Notes: generated from the sequence alone by a model not told the origin. 64,000 nucleotides of DNA from Spirulina sp. CCNP1310 (GCF_034932185.1 NZ_JAYGHW010000066.1:35180-99179), one strand, 5' to 3'. Numbered from the stretch's first letter, positions 47,301-57,371 are shown. Translations and numbers: made by a program.

Positions 47301-50216
47301 AATGAGCATCGTCTCCGCTGTAAAGATGATTCCTATCGTTGGATTTTAGCCCAGGGGCGCATTGTCGAAAGGGATGCAACGGGGAAACCCCTACGGTTTA
47401 TTGGCACGCATACGGATATTAGCGATCGCAAAAACAACGAACTCGAACGGCAAAAACTGCTTCAAGAACTGGAGTCGTTTAAATTTGCCTTAGATCAATC
47501 CGCCATTGTCCTCACCACAGATATTAAAGGCGGGATTCTCTATGTCAATGAACGGTTTGAATCGATTTCTGGCTATAGCTATGAGGAAATTTTCGGAAAA
47601 AGCCCCCATATCGTCAATTCTGACCATCATCCCCAGCAATTTTTTGCCCAAATGTGGACAACGATTTTAGCCGGTCGCGTTTGGCGGGATGAAATTTGCA
47701 ACCGCACCAAAAATGGCGAAATTTACTGGGTAGATTCCACAATCATTCCTTTTCTCAATGCCCAAGGTCAACCTACACGCTTCCTATCGGTACAATTTGA
47801 TATTACCACCCGCAAAAAAGTAGAACTGGATCTCGCCGATAGCAATTCTCTCCTCTCCACCATTACCCATGCCCAGGCTCAATTTATTACCGCCGCCAAT
47901 CGCCTCACGATTTTTGAAGGGTTATTAAATAGCCTGTTGGAATTAACCAATAGTGAGTATGGATTTATTGGCGAGGTGTTATTTCGGGGCAATGGTACTG
48001 CCTACATCGAAGAAAACTTGCTTAAAATTCGTGGCGTTCCCTATCTACAAAGCCATAGCATTACTAACATTGCTTGGGATGCGGAAACAGAGAAATTTTA
48101 TCAAGATAATTATCAATCAGGGATGCAGTTCACCAACCTCAAAACCCTCTTTGGTGCGGTTATTTTGACGGGAAAACCTGTGATTGCCAATCATGCCCCC
48201 ACCGATCCCCGTCGTGGAGGCATTCCCAAGGGACATCCCCCCCTGAATGCTTTTTTAGGCATTCCCTTTTTTAAAGGCAATGAATTGATCGGCATGGTGG
48301 GCATTGCCAATCGTCCAGGGGGCTATGATCCGGATTTGATCGAACAGCTTCAGCCCTTTTTAACCACCTGTAGTAATTTGATTGAAGGCTACCGTTTGGA
48401 TCGAATGCGGCAACAGGCTGAAGCCCTGATTGCCCAACAACTGCGGCAACAAACGGCTTTAGAACTGATTTTGCGGCAGATTCGCCAGTCTCTCGATTTG
48501 CCGGAAATTTTGGCGATCGCCACCCAACAGGTACAGGAGCTTTTGCAGAGCGATCGCGTCATTGTCTTTCAGGTTTGCACCGATGGCCACAGTGCCATTG
48601 TCGCCGAAGCCGTCGGTGCTGACCTGCCCAGCCTCAAAACCATGAATTGGGAGGATGAAAGCTGGCCCCAAGAGGTTCTCGAACATTATTGGCAGGGGCA
48701 ACCTCGGATTGTCCCCGATGTGATGGATGACCGCTGGACGGATTGCTTGCGGGAATATTCCCAAGCGGGCCAGATTCAATCGAAAATTATCGCCCCCATT
48801 CTCCAAGAATTGCACAGTAGCGAAGATCATCGCTGGGTTGCCCCCAGGACGAATAACAAACTCTGGGGGGTGCTGGTGGTTCACGCTTGCCATCAACAAC
48901 GGGTCTGGCAAGAATCCGAAGCCCAACTATTACAGCAAATTGCCAATCAATTGGCGATCGCCATCCAACAATCCCACCTCTTTGAGCAATTACAACAGGA
49001 ACTCAGCGAACGCCAACAAGCCCAAACCCAACTCACCCAACGTAATCAAGAACTGATCCGCGCCACCCGCCTCAAAGATGAATTTCTGGCCAATATGAGC
49101 CACGAACTGCGCACCCCTCTCAATGCCATTCTTGGCATGACTGAAGGATTACAAGAAGGGGTGTTTGGAGCCGTTAACAGTGGCCAAGTCAAAGCCTTAA
49201 ACACCATTGAAAGGAGTGGTTGCCATTTGCTGGCATTGATTAACGATATTTTAGATGTGGCCAAAATTGAATCCGGGCAAGTGGAGTTAGAATGTGCGCC
49301 AACGGCCGTCGCGCCCCTGTGTCAATCTAGCATCACCTTTGTGAAACAACAGGCCCTCAAAAAGCAGATTCAATTGGTGGTCAATTTGCCTGCCCATTTG
49401 CCGGATATTGTCCTTGATGAGCGCCGCATTCGTCAGGTGTTAATTAACCTCCTCAATAATGCCGTTAAATTTACCCCCCCAGGGGGATGCATCACCTTAG
49501 CTGTCACCCTAACCCCCCCAGCACAAAATGCAACCCCTGATCTGCGCTTTGCCATCAGCGATACAGGCATTGGCATTAGTGGGGAAAATTTGAAAAAACT
49601 GTTTCAACCCTTTATTCAAATTGACAGCGCCCTCAACCGCCAATATCAAGGCACAGGCTTAGGTTTAGCCCTCACGAAACAGATTGTTGAACTCCATGGT
49701 GGCCAAGTCGGCGTAACCAGTGAAGTGGGGACAGGGAGTTGTTTCACTATTGATCTCCCCTATCAGGCTTCTGTCGTACTTTCTGCACCCATTACATCGC
49801 AAAATTCCACTGATTCCCCTGCTTTAGAAGCAAAATCTCCGGTAGGGCGTGTCCCGGTGTTGTTGTTGGCGGAAGACAATGAAGCGAATATTAGCACCAT
49901 TTCCAGCTATTTAACCGCCAAGGGTTATCACATTGAAGTGGTGAAAAATGGTCAGGATGCCATTGATCAGGCCATTGTTTTAGCCCCGGATTTGATTTTG
50001 ATGGATGTTCAAATGCCCGGTATGGATGGCTTGCAAGCCATTCAACAAATCCGTAAAATCACCGATCTAGCGTCAACGCCCATCATTGCTTTGACAGCTT
50101 TAGCGATGGACAGTGATCGCGATCGCTGTTTCGCGGCTGGGGCGAATCAATACTTGAGTAAGCCGGTAAAGTTAAAACAATTAGCTCTCGCCATTCAAGA
50201 GCTAATCACATCTTAA
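44328..50216 (+). CDS. Giant multi-sensor hybrid histidine kinase (4xCBS, GAF, multiple PAS/PAC, GAF, HisKA, HATPase, C-terminal REC).
   Basis: 1962 aa. CBS pairs at the N-terminus, H-box MSHELRTPLNAILGMTEG, HATPase LINLLNNAVKFT...GTGLGLALTK, and REC LLLAEDNEANI...LMDVQMPGMDG. An alternative start lies at 44340. Confidence 0.9.
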   Translation: MLLPMDGGTPVNFPNLDLSLLELKGAILPHPLMVTAETSVREAIALMGAVHTQCQSDRQSENSLSLEARASCVVIVVEEDRVCGILTERDVVRLSAQQYPLDRLAVGEVMVQPVITCCESEITDLFSTIALLKRHQIRHLPIVDRDNRLIGIVTHESLRQQTRPIDLLRLRSVEEVMSDRVLTAGPEQSMLEIARLMAERRVSSVVITLPGGRADAPFERAIGLLTERDLVQFQALGLSLTATPARTVMSSPVFTISPQESLWTVQQIMEKHRIRRMIVAGEQGELLGIVTQTSMLKAFNPLELYHLAEVLEQKVTRLEAERISLLEIRAAELEQQVAERTAVMQVQAERDRLMARLAAQILASLDVQVILDTTVQQVWQILGCDRVNIWRLDPDGTAWIVAESTHSEHSLIGEQITDSCVQEIQVDVDRQGAVRVVPDIYSTQMSDEHREMLIRIHTRAKILVPLFCEGEPWGLLNVTESQPRNWQTSEIELMRSLSIQLGIALQQATHHQQLQAEIRDRHRAQQELAQLNAELEARYRALMEGASDAILLATPAGQIIEANTAAEELFGYSRQALTQLHYAQLYPPEELERMTKAFEKLITKEQHRTLLNAHILHADGHQIPVDLSGTIITVGDTTVVQGIFRDITARQAAEAELAKLSQRLSIALSSGSIGCWDWDIAQNRITWDERMYCLYGVEYQGQAMVPYDVWANGVHPEDRPQIETLLQQTVAREAEYDCEFRVIHPDGSLHYIRAYGMLVQDAAGNPQSIIGVNLDVTRMHQAQLELKESETRFRRVFASDVVGMMFTNFSGEVTDANDRFLEMLGYSREEMESGQLNWANLTPPEYQQQDIEAIYHLMTYHSIQPFEKIYIHKDGHPVPVLLGVAMLSDEEETCVCVVVDISDHKRYENALQESQLRLELALESSNTGLWDWNMENNALWFNKQWKGMLGYGEHELANHFTEWESRIHPDDLAHTYQDVEQHIQGQTEVYRNEHRLRCKDDSYRWILAQGRIVERDATGKPLRFIGTHTDISDRKNNELERQKLLQELESFKFALDQSAIVLTTDIKGGILYVNERFESISGYSYEEIFGKSPHIVNSDHHPQQFFAQMWTTILAGRVWRDEICNRTKNGEIYWVDSTIIPFLNAQGQPTRFLSVQFDITTRKKVELDLADSNSLLSTITHAQAQFITAANRLTIFEGLLNSLLELTNSEYGFIGEVLFRGNGTAYIEENLLKIRGVPYLQSHSITNIAWDAETEKFYQDNYQSGMQFTNLKTLFGAVILTGKPVIANHAPTDPRRGGIPKGHPPLNAFLGIPFFKGNELIGMVGIANRPGGYDPDLIEQLQPFLTTCSNLIEGYRLDRMRQQAEALIAQQLRQQTALELILRQIRQSLDLPEILAIATQQVQELLQSDRVIVFQVCTDGHSAIVAEAVGADLPSLKTMNWEDESWPQEVLEHYWQGQPRIVPDVMDDRWTDCLREYSQAGQIQSKIIAPILQELHSSEDHRWVAPRTNNKLWGVLVVHACHQQRVWQESEAQLLQQIANQLAIAIQQSHLFEQLQQELSERQQAQTQLTQRNQELIRATRLKDEFLANMSHELRTPLNAILGMTEGLQEGVFGAVNSGQVKALNTIERSGCHLLALINDILDVAKIESGQVELECAPTAVAPLCQSSITFVKQQALKKQIQLVVNLPAHLPDIVLDERRIRQVLINLLNNAVKFTPPGGCITLAVTLTPPAQNATPDLRFAISDTGIGISGENLKKLFQPFIQIDSALNRQYQGTGLGLALTKQIVELHGGQVGVTSEVGTGSCFTIDLPYQASVVLSAPITSQNSTDSPALEAKSPVGRVPVLLLAEDNEANISTISSYLTAKGYHIEVVKNGQDAIDQAIVLAPDLILMDVQMPGMDGLQAIQQIRKITDLASTPIIALTALAMDSDRDRCFAAGANQYLSKPVKLKQLALAIQELITS

Positions 50217-50277
50217 AAACAGAGGTACAAATAATTCTGTACGCAGTCTGATCCCACTGCCCAATGCTTGAATCTCC

Positions 50278-51747
50278 GTGATCTTTTCATTCACCCCTTA
50301 TCCCCGTTTAGGTATGCAATCCAATCTTGAACCGTTTTTTGAGTTAGCCCTCAATCTGCTCTGTATTACCGATCTCCAAGGGCGATTTATCCGAGTTAAT
50401 CGTGCCTGGGAAGTCATTTTGGGTTATCCGACCGCCGACCTTGAAGGGCAATCCTGTTTAGATTTTGTCCATCCTGAAGACCAAGCCGCCACCCTAGCCG
50501 CCCTTGAGCACCTGAAGGAACAGGAAAAACTGGAAGGTTTTATCAATCGCTATCGCTGTGCCGATGGTGGTTATCGTTATCTAGAGTGGTACATCCAACC
50601 CTACGGCTCTTTGATCTATGCTACAGCCCAGGATGTGACCGAACGACAGCAGATTGAGCAGGAGTTAAAAAAACGGGAAGCTCATCTCGCCACAGCCCAA
50701 CGGATTGCCCATCTGGGCAGTTGGGAGTTTGATGTGGCGACCGGAGCGATTGCTTGGTCTGATGAGGTGTTTCGGCTCTTAGGCCGCGATATTGCCCTGG
50801 GAATGCCGAGTTATGAGGAACTTTTGGAAATTTATCATCCGGAGGATCAGATTGTTCATGATCAAGTGGTGGAGGCGGCGATCGCCACCGGCAAACCCTA
50901 CGATTTAGAATGCCGCGTCTGTCATCCCGACGGCCCCTATACCTACATCCAAGCCAGGGGCGAACCAATTCAGGATGCCAAAGGCAACGTTATCAGTCTA
51001 GTCGGTACGGTCTTAGATATTACCGAGCGCAAAACCCACGAAGCCGACCTTTTGAAAATCAGCCAGCAATTAGCTGCCTCCAATCAAGAACTCGAAGCCT
51101 TTGCCTATTCCGTCTCCCACGATCTTCGCGCCCCCCTGCGAGCTATTGACGGCTTTAGCCAAGCCCTCCTAGAGGACTATGGCGACTTATTTGACGACAT
51201 TGCCCGGGATTATTTCGAGCGTATCCGCTATAACGTCGGGCGCATGAGTAACCTCATTGATGATCTCCTCTCCCTATCACGGGTTTCCCGTTCTGACCTG
51301 AAACCCCAATGGATCAACCTCACCACCTTAGCCACCAACTTGATCCGGGATTTGCGCATTCAAGATCCCCAAAGATTGGTGGAGGTGATCATTGCGCCGG
51401 ATTTGAAGGTGACGGCAGATCCCACTTTGATGGCGATCATGTTAACCAACTTACTGGACAATGCCTGGAAATTCACCAGCCATCACCCCAATGCCCGCAT
51501 TGAATTGGGAATGATGCCAGGGGAAAAAACCCCCGTTTATTTTGTTCGTGATGATGGAGCAGGGTTTGATATGAAATATGCCAAAATGCTTTTTGGTGTG
51601 TTTCAACGGCTCCATAATACCGTTGATTTCTCCGGTACAGGCATCGGTTTAGCCACCGTCCAACGGATTATCCATCGCCATGGGGGGAAAATCTGGGCTG
51701 AGGGAGCCGTAGAGCAAGGTGCAACGTTTTACTTTACGATTCCCTAA
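50278..51747 (+). CDS. PAS/PAC sensor histidine kinase.
   Basis: Two PAS/PAC modules, H-box VSHDLRAPLRAIDGF, and HATPase (LLDNAWKFT...GTGIGLATVQRI). An alternative start lies at 50314. Confidence 0.88.
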   Translation: MIFSFTPYPRLGMQSNLEPFFELALNLLCITDLQGRFIRVNRAWEVILGYPTADLEGQSCLDFVHPEDQAATLAALEHLKEQEKLEGFINRYRCADGGYRYLEWYIQPYGSLIYATAQDVTERQQIEQELKKREAHLATAQRIAHLGSWEFDVATGAIAWSDEVFRLLGRDIALGMPSYEELLEIYHPEDQIVHDQVVEAAIATGKPYDLECRVCHPDGPYTYIQARGEPIQDAKGNVISLVGTVLDITERKTHEADLLKISQQLAASNQELEAFAYSVSHDLRAPLRAIDGFSQALLEDYGDLFDDIARDYFERIRYNVGRMSNLIDDLLSLSRVSRSDLKPQWINLTTLATNLIRDLRIQDPQRLVEVIIAPDLKVTADPTLMAIMLTNLLDNAWKFTSHHPNARIELGMMPGEKTPVYFVRDDGAGFDMKYAKMLFGVFQRLHNTVDFSGTGIGLATVQRIIHRHGGKIWAEGAVEQGATFYFTIP

Positions 51748-51790
51748 TAGCAAAGTTTTCCTTGCCTAAGCACCATTAAACATTCCCCCC

Positions 51791-52222
51791 ATGGTTTCTC
51801 CCCGCCCGATTATTCTTGTCGAAGATAACCCCGACGATGAACGATTAACATTGCGATCGCTCCGTCGCAGCAAAGTCACCAACCCCATTTTAATTGCCCG
51901 CAACGGTGAAGAAGCGTTAGATTTAATTTTTAGCACTCAGCCCTTACCAACAGTGGTGCTATTAGACTTAAAACTGCCTAAGCTAAATGGCTTAGATGTT
52001 TTACGGAGACTGCGAGCCGAACCCCGGTTTAAAACCTTACCTGTCGTGGTTTTAACCTCATCCAGCGAAGAAAGAGACATTATTGAAAGCTATAATTTAG
52101 GAGCCAATAGTTATGTCCGCAAACCCGTTGATTTTGAGCAATTTGCCCAAGCTGTTTCCCAATTAGGATTGTATTGGGCCTTAATCAACGAATCCATACC
52201 CGAAGATGAACCCAGGGAATAA
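51791..52222 (+). CDS. Single-domain response regulator (CheY-like REC).
   Basis: ILVEDNPDDE...LLDLKLPKLNG...SYVRKP. Confidence 0.85.
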   Translation: MVSPRPIILVEDNPDDERLTLRSLRRSKVTNPILIARNGEEALDLIFSTQPLPTVVLLDLKLPKLNGLDVLRRLRAEPRFKTLPVVVLTSSSEERDIIESYNLGANSYVRKPVDFEQFAQAVSQLGLYWALINESIPEDEPRE

Positions 52223-52224
52223 TT

Positions 52225-55200
52225 ATGCCGGAAGCACTACATCTGTTATTAATCGAAGACTCAGATGATGATGCCCAGTTATTACTGCGGGTCTTGCAGC
52301 GCAATGGGTTTAGGCTGACCTGGGAACGGGTACAAACCGCTGAAGCCCTTCGGAATGCCCTCTCCCAACAAGCTTGGGATGTGATTATCTCCGATTATAA
52401 CCTTCCCGGTTTTGATGCCCCCAGCGCCTTAGCCATCCTCAAGGAAAGCCAACAGGATATTCCTTTTTTAGTCGTATCGGGAACCATTGGCGAAAAGTTA
52501 GCCGTTGAAATGATGAAAGCCGGAGCCACCGACTACATTATGAAAGGCAACTTAGCTCGGCTTCCGGAAGCGGTGCGTCGGGAAGTGCGGGAAGCCCAAA
52601 TCCGCCATGAGCGTCGCCAGGCAGACCAAGCCCTGCGGGAGAGCCAAGAGCGTAGTCGGGCGATGTTGATGGCAATTCCTGATTTAATGTTTCGGGTGGG
52701 GGCCGACGGGGTTTATCGTGGTTTTATCACCGCTGATCGTTGCGGAGATATCGTGCCGACCAACATTGATTCCACTGGGAAATTAATGATTGATATGCTG
52801 CCGCCGGATTTAGCGGAGCGCCAACTTTACTACCTTCAGCAAGCCTTAGCCACGGGGGAATTGCAAATCTATGAGCAAACCCTTTGGATCAACAATTGCC
52901 GCCAAGATGAAGAAGTCCGGGTGGTGAAAAGTGGGGAGGATGAGGTGTTATTTATGGTGCGGGATATTACCCAACGCCAAGCAGCCCTGCGGGAACGCAA
53001 GCAAGCCGAGCGCCAACTTTATCACCTCAACCAAGAATTAGAAAACAAGGTTGCCCAACGCACCGCCGAACTTCAAAAACGGGAAGCCGAATTACAAAAG
53101 CTCTCCGAACGCCTTACCCTCGCTTTAAAATCAGCATCTATGGGGTGTTGGACGTGGCAATTAGAAGATAATACGCTGATCTGGGATGAACGGATGCGAG
53201 AATTTTACGATCTCCCCCCAGAGCATCAGATTACCTATGAGCAATGGCAGAAATATGTCCATCCGGAGGATCTACAATACTTGGTTGAGGGCCTGGGGAG
53301 CATCCTCAATAGTGGGCAAGAATACAATGCTGAATTTCGGATTATCCTACCCAATGGCACAATGCGCCACCTCAAAACCTATGGGGTATTAGTCCGGGAT
53401 GAAGCCGGTCATCCTCTGGCGATGACCGGGGTGAATATAGATATTAGCGCACAGCAGGCGGCCCTGCGACAACGGGAAGATGCGGAAAAACAACTACGGG
53501 CCTCTCAACAGTTTTTACAAACGGTACTGGATACTTTTCCTCTCGCGGTTTTTTGGAAAGATTGTGCTCTTGAATATGTGGGCTGTAATTACCAATTTGC
53601 TCAGAGTTTAGGGTTAGATGATCCTCAAGATGTGGTAGGTAAAAATGACTTTGATTTATATCATGAGCGAGAAGCCCTGACTTATCGGGCCATTGATCGT
53701 CAAGTAATTGAGTCGAACTTACCGATGATTGGCATGATGGACAATACAATTTTTCCTGATCAAAAATTGCACTGGCTAGAGATCAATAAGTTGCCGCTGC
53801 GGGATTTATTTGGCAATGTTGTCGGTGTTGTTGGCACTTTCCAGGATATTACAGATCGCAAAGAGGCTGAACATGCTCTTCAAGAAAGTGAAGAAAAATT
53901 CCGGCAGTTGGCTCAGGTGGTGGATGCGGTGTTTTGGATTATTGAAGTGGATCGCACGGAACGAGTCTATGTCAGCCCCGCCTATGCCCGGATTTGGGGA
54001 CGAGAATTAGATGAAATTTATATTTCTCCCGATATTTGGTTGGAGGCGATTCATCCGGAGGATCGCGAGGGTGTGATCGCTGCGCTTCCCCAACAAATCG
54101 AAGGAAAATTTGATCAGGAATACCGGATTGTGCGCCTCAATGGGGAAATTCGCTGGATTCGCGATCGCGCCTTCCCCATCCCCAATGCCCAAGGTCAGAT
54201 CTATCGGGTGGCGGGGATTGCCGAAGACATCACCGATCGCAAAATCGCCCAAGCCCAACTCCAAGCCACTAACGAGGAACTGATCCGCGCCACCCGCCTC
54301 AAGGATGAGTTTCTCGCGAATATGAGCCATGAACTGCGCACCCCCCTCAATGCCATTTTAGGCATGACCGAAGGACTCCAAGAGGAAATTTTCGGCCCCT
54401 TGAATGACCCACAAATCAAAGCCTTACAAACTGTGGAGCGCAGTGCTTTTCACTTGTTGGAATTAATTAATGATATTTTAGATGTCGCTAAAATTGAATC
54501 CGGTCAAATGGAGTTAGATTGCTCCCCCACAGCCATTGCGCCCCTCTGTCAATCGAGTGTCACATTTATCAAACAGCAAGCCTTGAAAAAACGGATTCAA
54601 CTTTCCGTCAATCTTCCTTTGAATTTACCTGATATCATGCTCGATGAACGGCGCATCCGTCAAGTGCTGATTAATCTACTCAATAATGCTGTGAAATTTA
54701 CCCATGAAGGGGGACAGATCACGCTAGAGGTAAACTCCCTCCCTCCTGCTGAATCAGAGGAGCAAACCCACTATCTTCGGTTTTCCGTGATTGATACCGG
54801 CATTGGTATTAGCCCCAAACACATGAAAAATTTGTTTCAACCCTTTATGCAAATTGATAGCGCCCTGAATCGCCAATATCAAGGGACAGGGTTAGGGTTA
54901 GCCTTGACGAAACAAATCATTGAACTTCACGGTGGGCGGGTGAGTTTAACCAGTGAAGAAGGGGTGGGCAGTTGCTTTATGATTGATTTACCCTATCAGG
55001 AAACCCCGGTTTTTTCAAAGCAGCATACGAGCCTTAATGTCAACGGTCATCACGATTTATTTGATCATCCGATTGCGGATGGGCCTTTGCTGTTATTGGC
55101 GGAAGATAATGAAGCGAATATCAGCACGATTTGCAGTTATTTAAAAGCGAAAGGCTATCGGATTGAGGTGGCTAAAAATGGTCAGGAAGCGATTGATCGG

Positions 55201-55479
55201 GCAATCCGATTCGCACCAGATTTGATCTTAATGGATATTCAAATGCCGGGCATGGATGGTTTAGAAGCGATGAAACAAATTCGCCGGTTGTCGGGGTTAA
55301 CCACAACGCCGATTATTGCGTTAACCGCCTTAGCGATGGAGAGCGATCGCGATCGCTGTCTTGCCGCCGGAGCGAACCAATACCTCAGCAAACCCGTCCG
55401 CCTCAAAGAACTCGCCCAAATGATCCTCAACTTACTAGGAATCTGCGAGCAAGCCCCCCATTCTCGTGGTCGGGGCTGA
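52225..55479 (+). CDS. Hybrid sensor kinase (N-terminal REC, 4-5 PAS/PAC, HisKA, HATPase, C-terminal REC).
   Basis: It starts 3 nt after the REC gene's stop. The C-terminal ~410 aa are ~80% identical to the C-terminus of the 1962-aa kinase, with the same H-box MSHELRTPLNAILGMTEGLQE. Confidence 0.9.
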   Translation: MPEALHLLLIEDSDDDAQLLLRVLQRNGFRLTWERVQTAEALRNALSQQAWDVIISDYNLPGFDAPSALAILKESQQDIPFLVVSGTIGEKLAVEMMKAGATDYIMKGNLARLPEAVRREVREAQIRHERRQADQALRESQERSRAMLMAIPDLMFRVGADGVYRGFITADRCGDIVPTNIDSTGKLMIDMLPPDLAERQLYYLQQALATGELQIYEQTLWINNCRQDEEVRVVKSGEDEVLFMVRDITQRQAALRERKQAERQLYHLNQELENKVAQRTAELQKREAELQKLSERLTLALKSASMGCWTWQLEDNTLIWDERMREFYDLPPEHQITYEQWQKYVHPEDLQYLVEGLGSILNSGQEYNAEFRIILPNGTMRHLKTYGVLVRDEAGHPLAMTGVNIDISAQQAALRQREDAEKQLRASQQFLQTVLDTFPLAVFWKDCALEYVGCNYQFAQSLGLDDPQDVVGKNDFDLYHEREALTYRAIDRQVIESNLPMIGMMDNTIFPDQKLHWLEINKLPLRDLFGNVVGVVGTFQDITDRKEAEHALQESEEKFRQLAQVVDAVFWIIEVDRTERVYVSPAYARIWGRELDEIYISPDIWLEAIHPEDREGVIAALPQQIEGKFDQEYRIVRLNGEIRWIRDRAFPIPNAQGQIYRVAGIAEDITDRKIAQAQLQATNEELIRATRLKDEFLANMSHELRTPLNAILGMTEGLQEEIFGPLNDPQIKALQTVERSAFHLLELINDILDVAKIESGQMELDCSPTAIAPLCQSSVTFIKQQALKKRIQLSVNLPLNLPDIMLDERRIRQVLINLLNNAVKFTHEGGQITLEVNSLPPAESEEQTHYLRFSVIDTGIGISPKHMKNLFQPFMQIDSALNRQYQGTGLGLALTKQIIELHGGRVSLTSEEGVGSCFMIDLPYQETPVFSKQHTSLNVNGHHDLFDHPIADGPLLLLAEDNEANISTICSYLKAKGYRIEVAKNGQEAIDRAIRFAPDLILMDIQMPGMDGLEAMKQIRRLSGLTTTPIIALTALAMESDRDRCLAAGANQYLSKPVRLKELAQMILNLLGICEQAPHSRGRG

Positions 55480-55646
55480 ATGGCAAAAGCAGCTAGTTCT
55501 CGAAGTCAAGCTCTAGAGACAGACCCCTTGCGTTTAGGGATTGCAGAACTTAATCCTTTAGCTCATGTTATCTAACGATCGGGAAGCCGCCATTGCCCAA
55601 AATTCACAGTACAATCGGGAACCAAAGGAAACCCGCTCAAACCAAA

Positions 55647-57308
55647 ATGATTCATTTTCACCGCACCTTGCCCCGCTTTTGGCGAGTTTTTGCCCAATTT
55701 TTCACCCTCTTCTCCCTCTGTGCCGCCCTGATTGTCGGCTGTAACCCCCAAACCAACCAAACCACCCCCAGCTCCACTGTTACCCCTTCTAGTACACCGA
55801 GCGATCGCATTATCTACGGAACCACCGTCCGCCCCCGTACCCTTGACCCCGCCGACAGTTATGAAATGGCCGGCATTGATATGATTTATAACCTGGGGGA
55901 CACGCTCTACACCTACACCCCCGGCACCACCGACCTCGTTCCCCACCTTGCCACCGCGATGCCTGCCATCAGCGAGGATGGCCTCACCTATATCATTCCC
56001 CTGCGGGAAGGCGTAGAATTCCACGATGGCACGCCTTTTAATGCCGAAGCGATGAAATTTTCCATTGATCGCTTTATGAATAACGGTGGTAAACCGGCCT
56101 TTTTACTCAACGATATTGTCCTCGAAGCCCAAGCCACTGGGGAATACGAACTTACCATCACCCTCCAACAACCCTTTGCGGGCTTTACCGCCCTCCTCGC
56201 CTTTGCCGGGATTTGCCCCGTTTCCCCCGCTGCCTACGAAATTGGCGATGGTAGCTTTAACCCCAATCAGTTTGTGGGAACTGGCCCCTACACCCTCACC
56301 GAATTTAATAGCGATACCCTCCACCTAGAAGCTAATCCTAACTATTGGGGTGATAAACCCAAAAATAAAGGCGTAGATGTGCAAATCTACACCGATAACG
56401 CCGCTAACCTGTTCAATTCCTTCACTACCGGCGCGGTGGATCTCGCCTATCAAGCCCTCGATCCCGAACAAATCACCAATTTAATCAGCGGTGCAGAAAA
56501 GGGGGATTGGCAGATGCTCGAAGCCCCCGGTACGGCGGTTAACTATATGGTGTTGAATCAGAACCAGGCCCCCCTGGATCAATTGCCGGTGCGTCAGGCG
56601 ATCGCCCATCTTGTCGATCGCGCTCTGATTACCGAGCGGGTTTTCCAAGGCCAAGCCGAACCTGTCTATAGCCTCATTCCCACCGCCCTCAGCGACTACT
56701 ACGAGCCAGCCCTGCAAAATAACTACGGCGAACCCGACGGTGCAAAAGCCAAGGAAATCCTCAATGAAGCGGGATTTTCTGCCACAAACCCCGCCGTGAT
56801 TCCCATTTGGTTTCCCAGTGCCTCCACACCGCGATCACTCGTTGCCCAAACCCTCCAAGCCTTAGCGGAGCAAGAACTGGAAGGGGCGCTCACCTTTGAA
56901 CCTAACACCGTTGATGGTGCATCATTTTTTAAAAATATTCGCGAAGGGGTTTATCCCGCTGCCTTAGTCAATTGGTATCCGGATTTTCTCGATCCCGATA
57001 ACTACCTTCACCCCTTCCTCAGTTGTAGCCAAGGCAGTGAAGTCGGCGGTTGTTCCCAGGGGGCTGCCCAAAACCAAGGCTCGTTTTACTACAGCGAAGC
57101 CATGAATGAACTGATCGAAGCCCAACGCAAGGAAACCAACCCCGAAGCCCGCCAAGGTATCATCCGTGAAATTCAACAAAAACTCGCTGATGATCTCCCC
57201 TATATCCCCCTCTGGCAAACGAAAGAATATCTCTTTGCCCGCAACGAAGTCAAAGGGTTAGCGATGAACCCCAGCCAAACTATCCCCTTCTGGCTCTTGG
57301 GTAAATAG
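55647..57308 (+). CDS. ABC transporter substrate-binding protein, family 5 (oligopeptide/nickel/dipeptide type).
   Basis: Lipoprotein-like signal (LIVGC) and the family-5 fold pattern (...YEMAGIDMIYNLGDTLY...NPNYWGDKPK...). The ORF-track start at 55593 is an N-extension. Confidence 0.75.
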   Translation: MIHFHRTLPRFWRVFAQFFTLFSLCAALIVGCNPQTNQTTPSSTVTPSSTPSDRIIYGTTVRPRTLDPADSYEMAGIDMIYNLGDTLYTYTPGTTDLVPHLATAMPAISEDGLTYIIPLREGVEFHDGTPFNAEAMKFSIDRFMNNGGKPAFLLNDIVLEAQATGEYELTITLQQPFAGFTALLAFAGICPVSPAAYEIGDGSFNPNQFVGTGPYTLTEFNSDTLHLEANPNYWGDKPKNKGVDVQIYTDNAANLFNSFTTGAVDLAYQALDPEQITNLISGAEKGDWQMLEAPGTAVNYMVLNQNQAPLDQLPVRQAIAHLVDRALITERVFQGQAEPVYSLIPTALSDYYEPALQNNYGEPDGAKAKEILNEAGFSATNPAVIPIWFPSASTPRSLVAQTLQALAEQELEGALTFEPNTVDGASFFKNIREGVYPAALVNWYPDFLDPDNYLHPFLSCSQGSEVGGCSQGAAQNQGSFYYSEAMNELIEAQRKETNPEARQGIIREIQQKLADDLPYIPLWQTKEYLFARNEVKGLAMNPSQTIPFWLLGK

Positions 57309-57371
57309 CCCTCACAGCCCCTCTCCCCAGGTGGGTAAGGGGCTTCCGATTCTTCTCACCCGCCATCCCCC

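Noticed and set aside
49046-54419. Minus-strand ORFs 49046..49264 and 54201..54419 with identical peptide segments.
   Set aside because: They are antisense to the two hybrid kinase genes. Their identity simply reflects the duplicated transmitter cassette, which is reported as a finding, not real genes.
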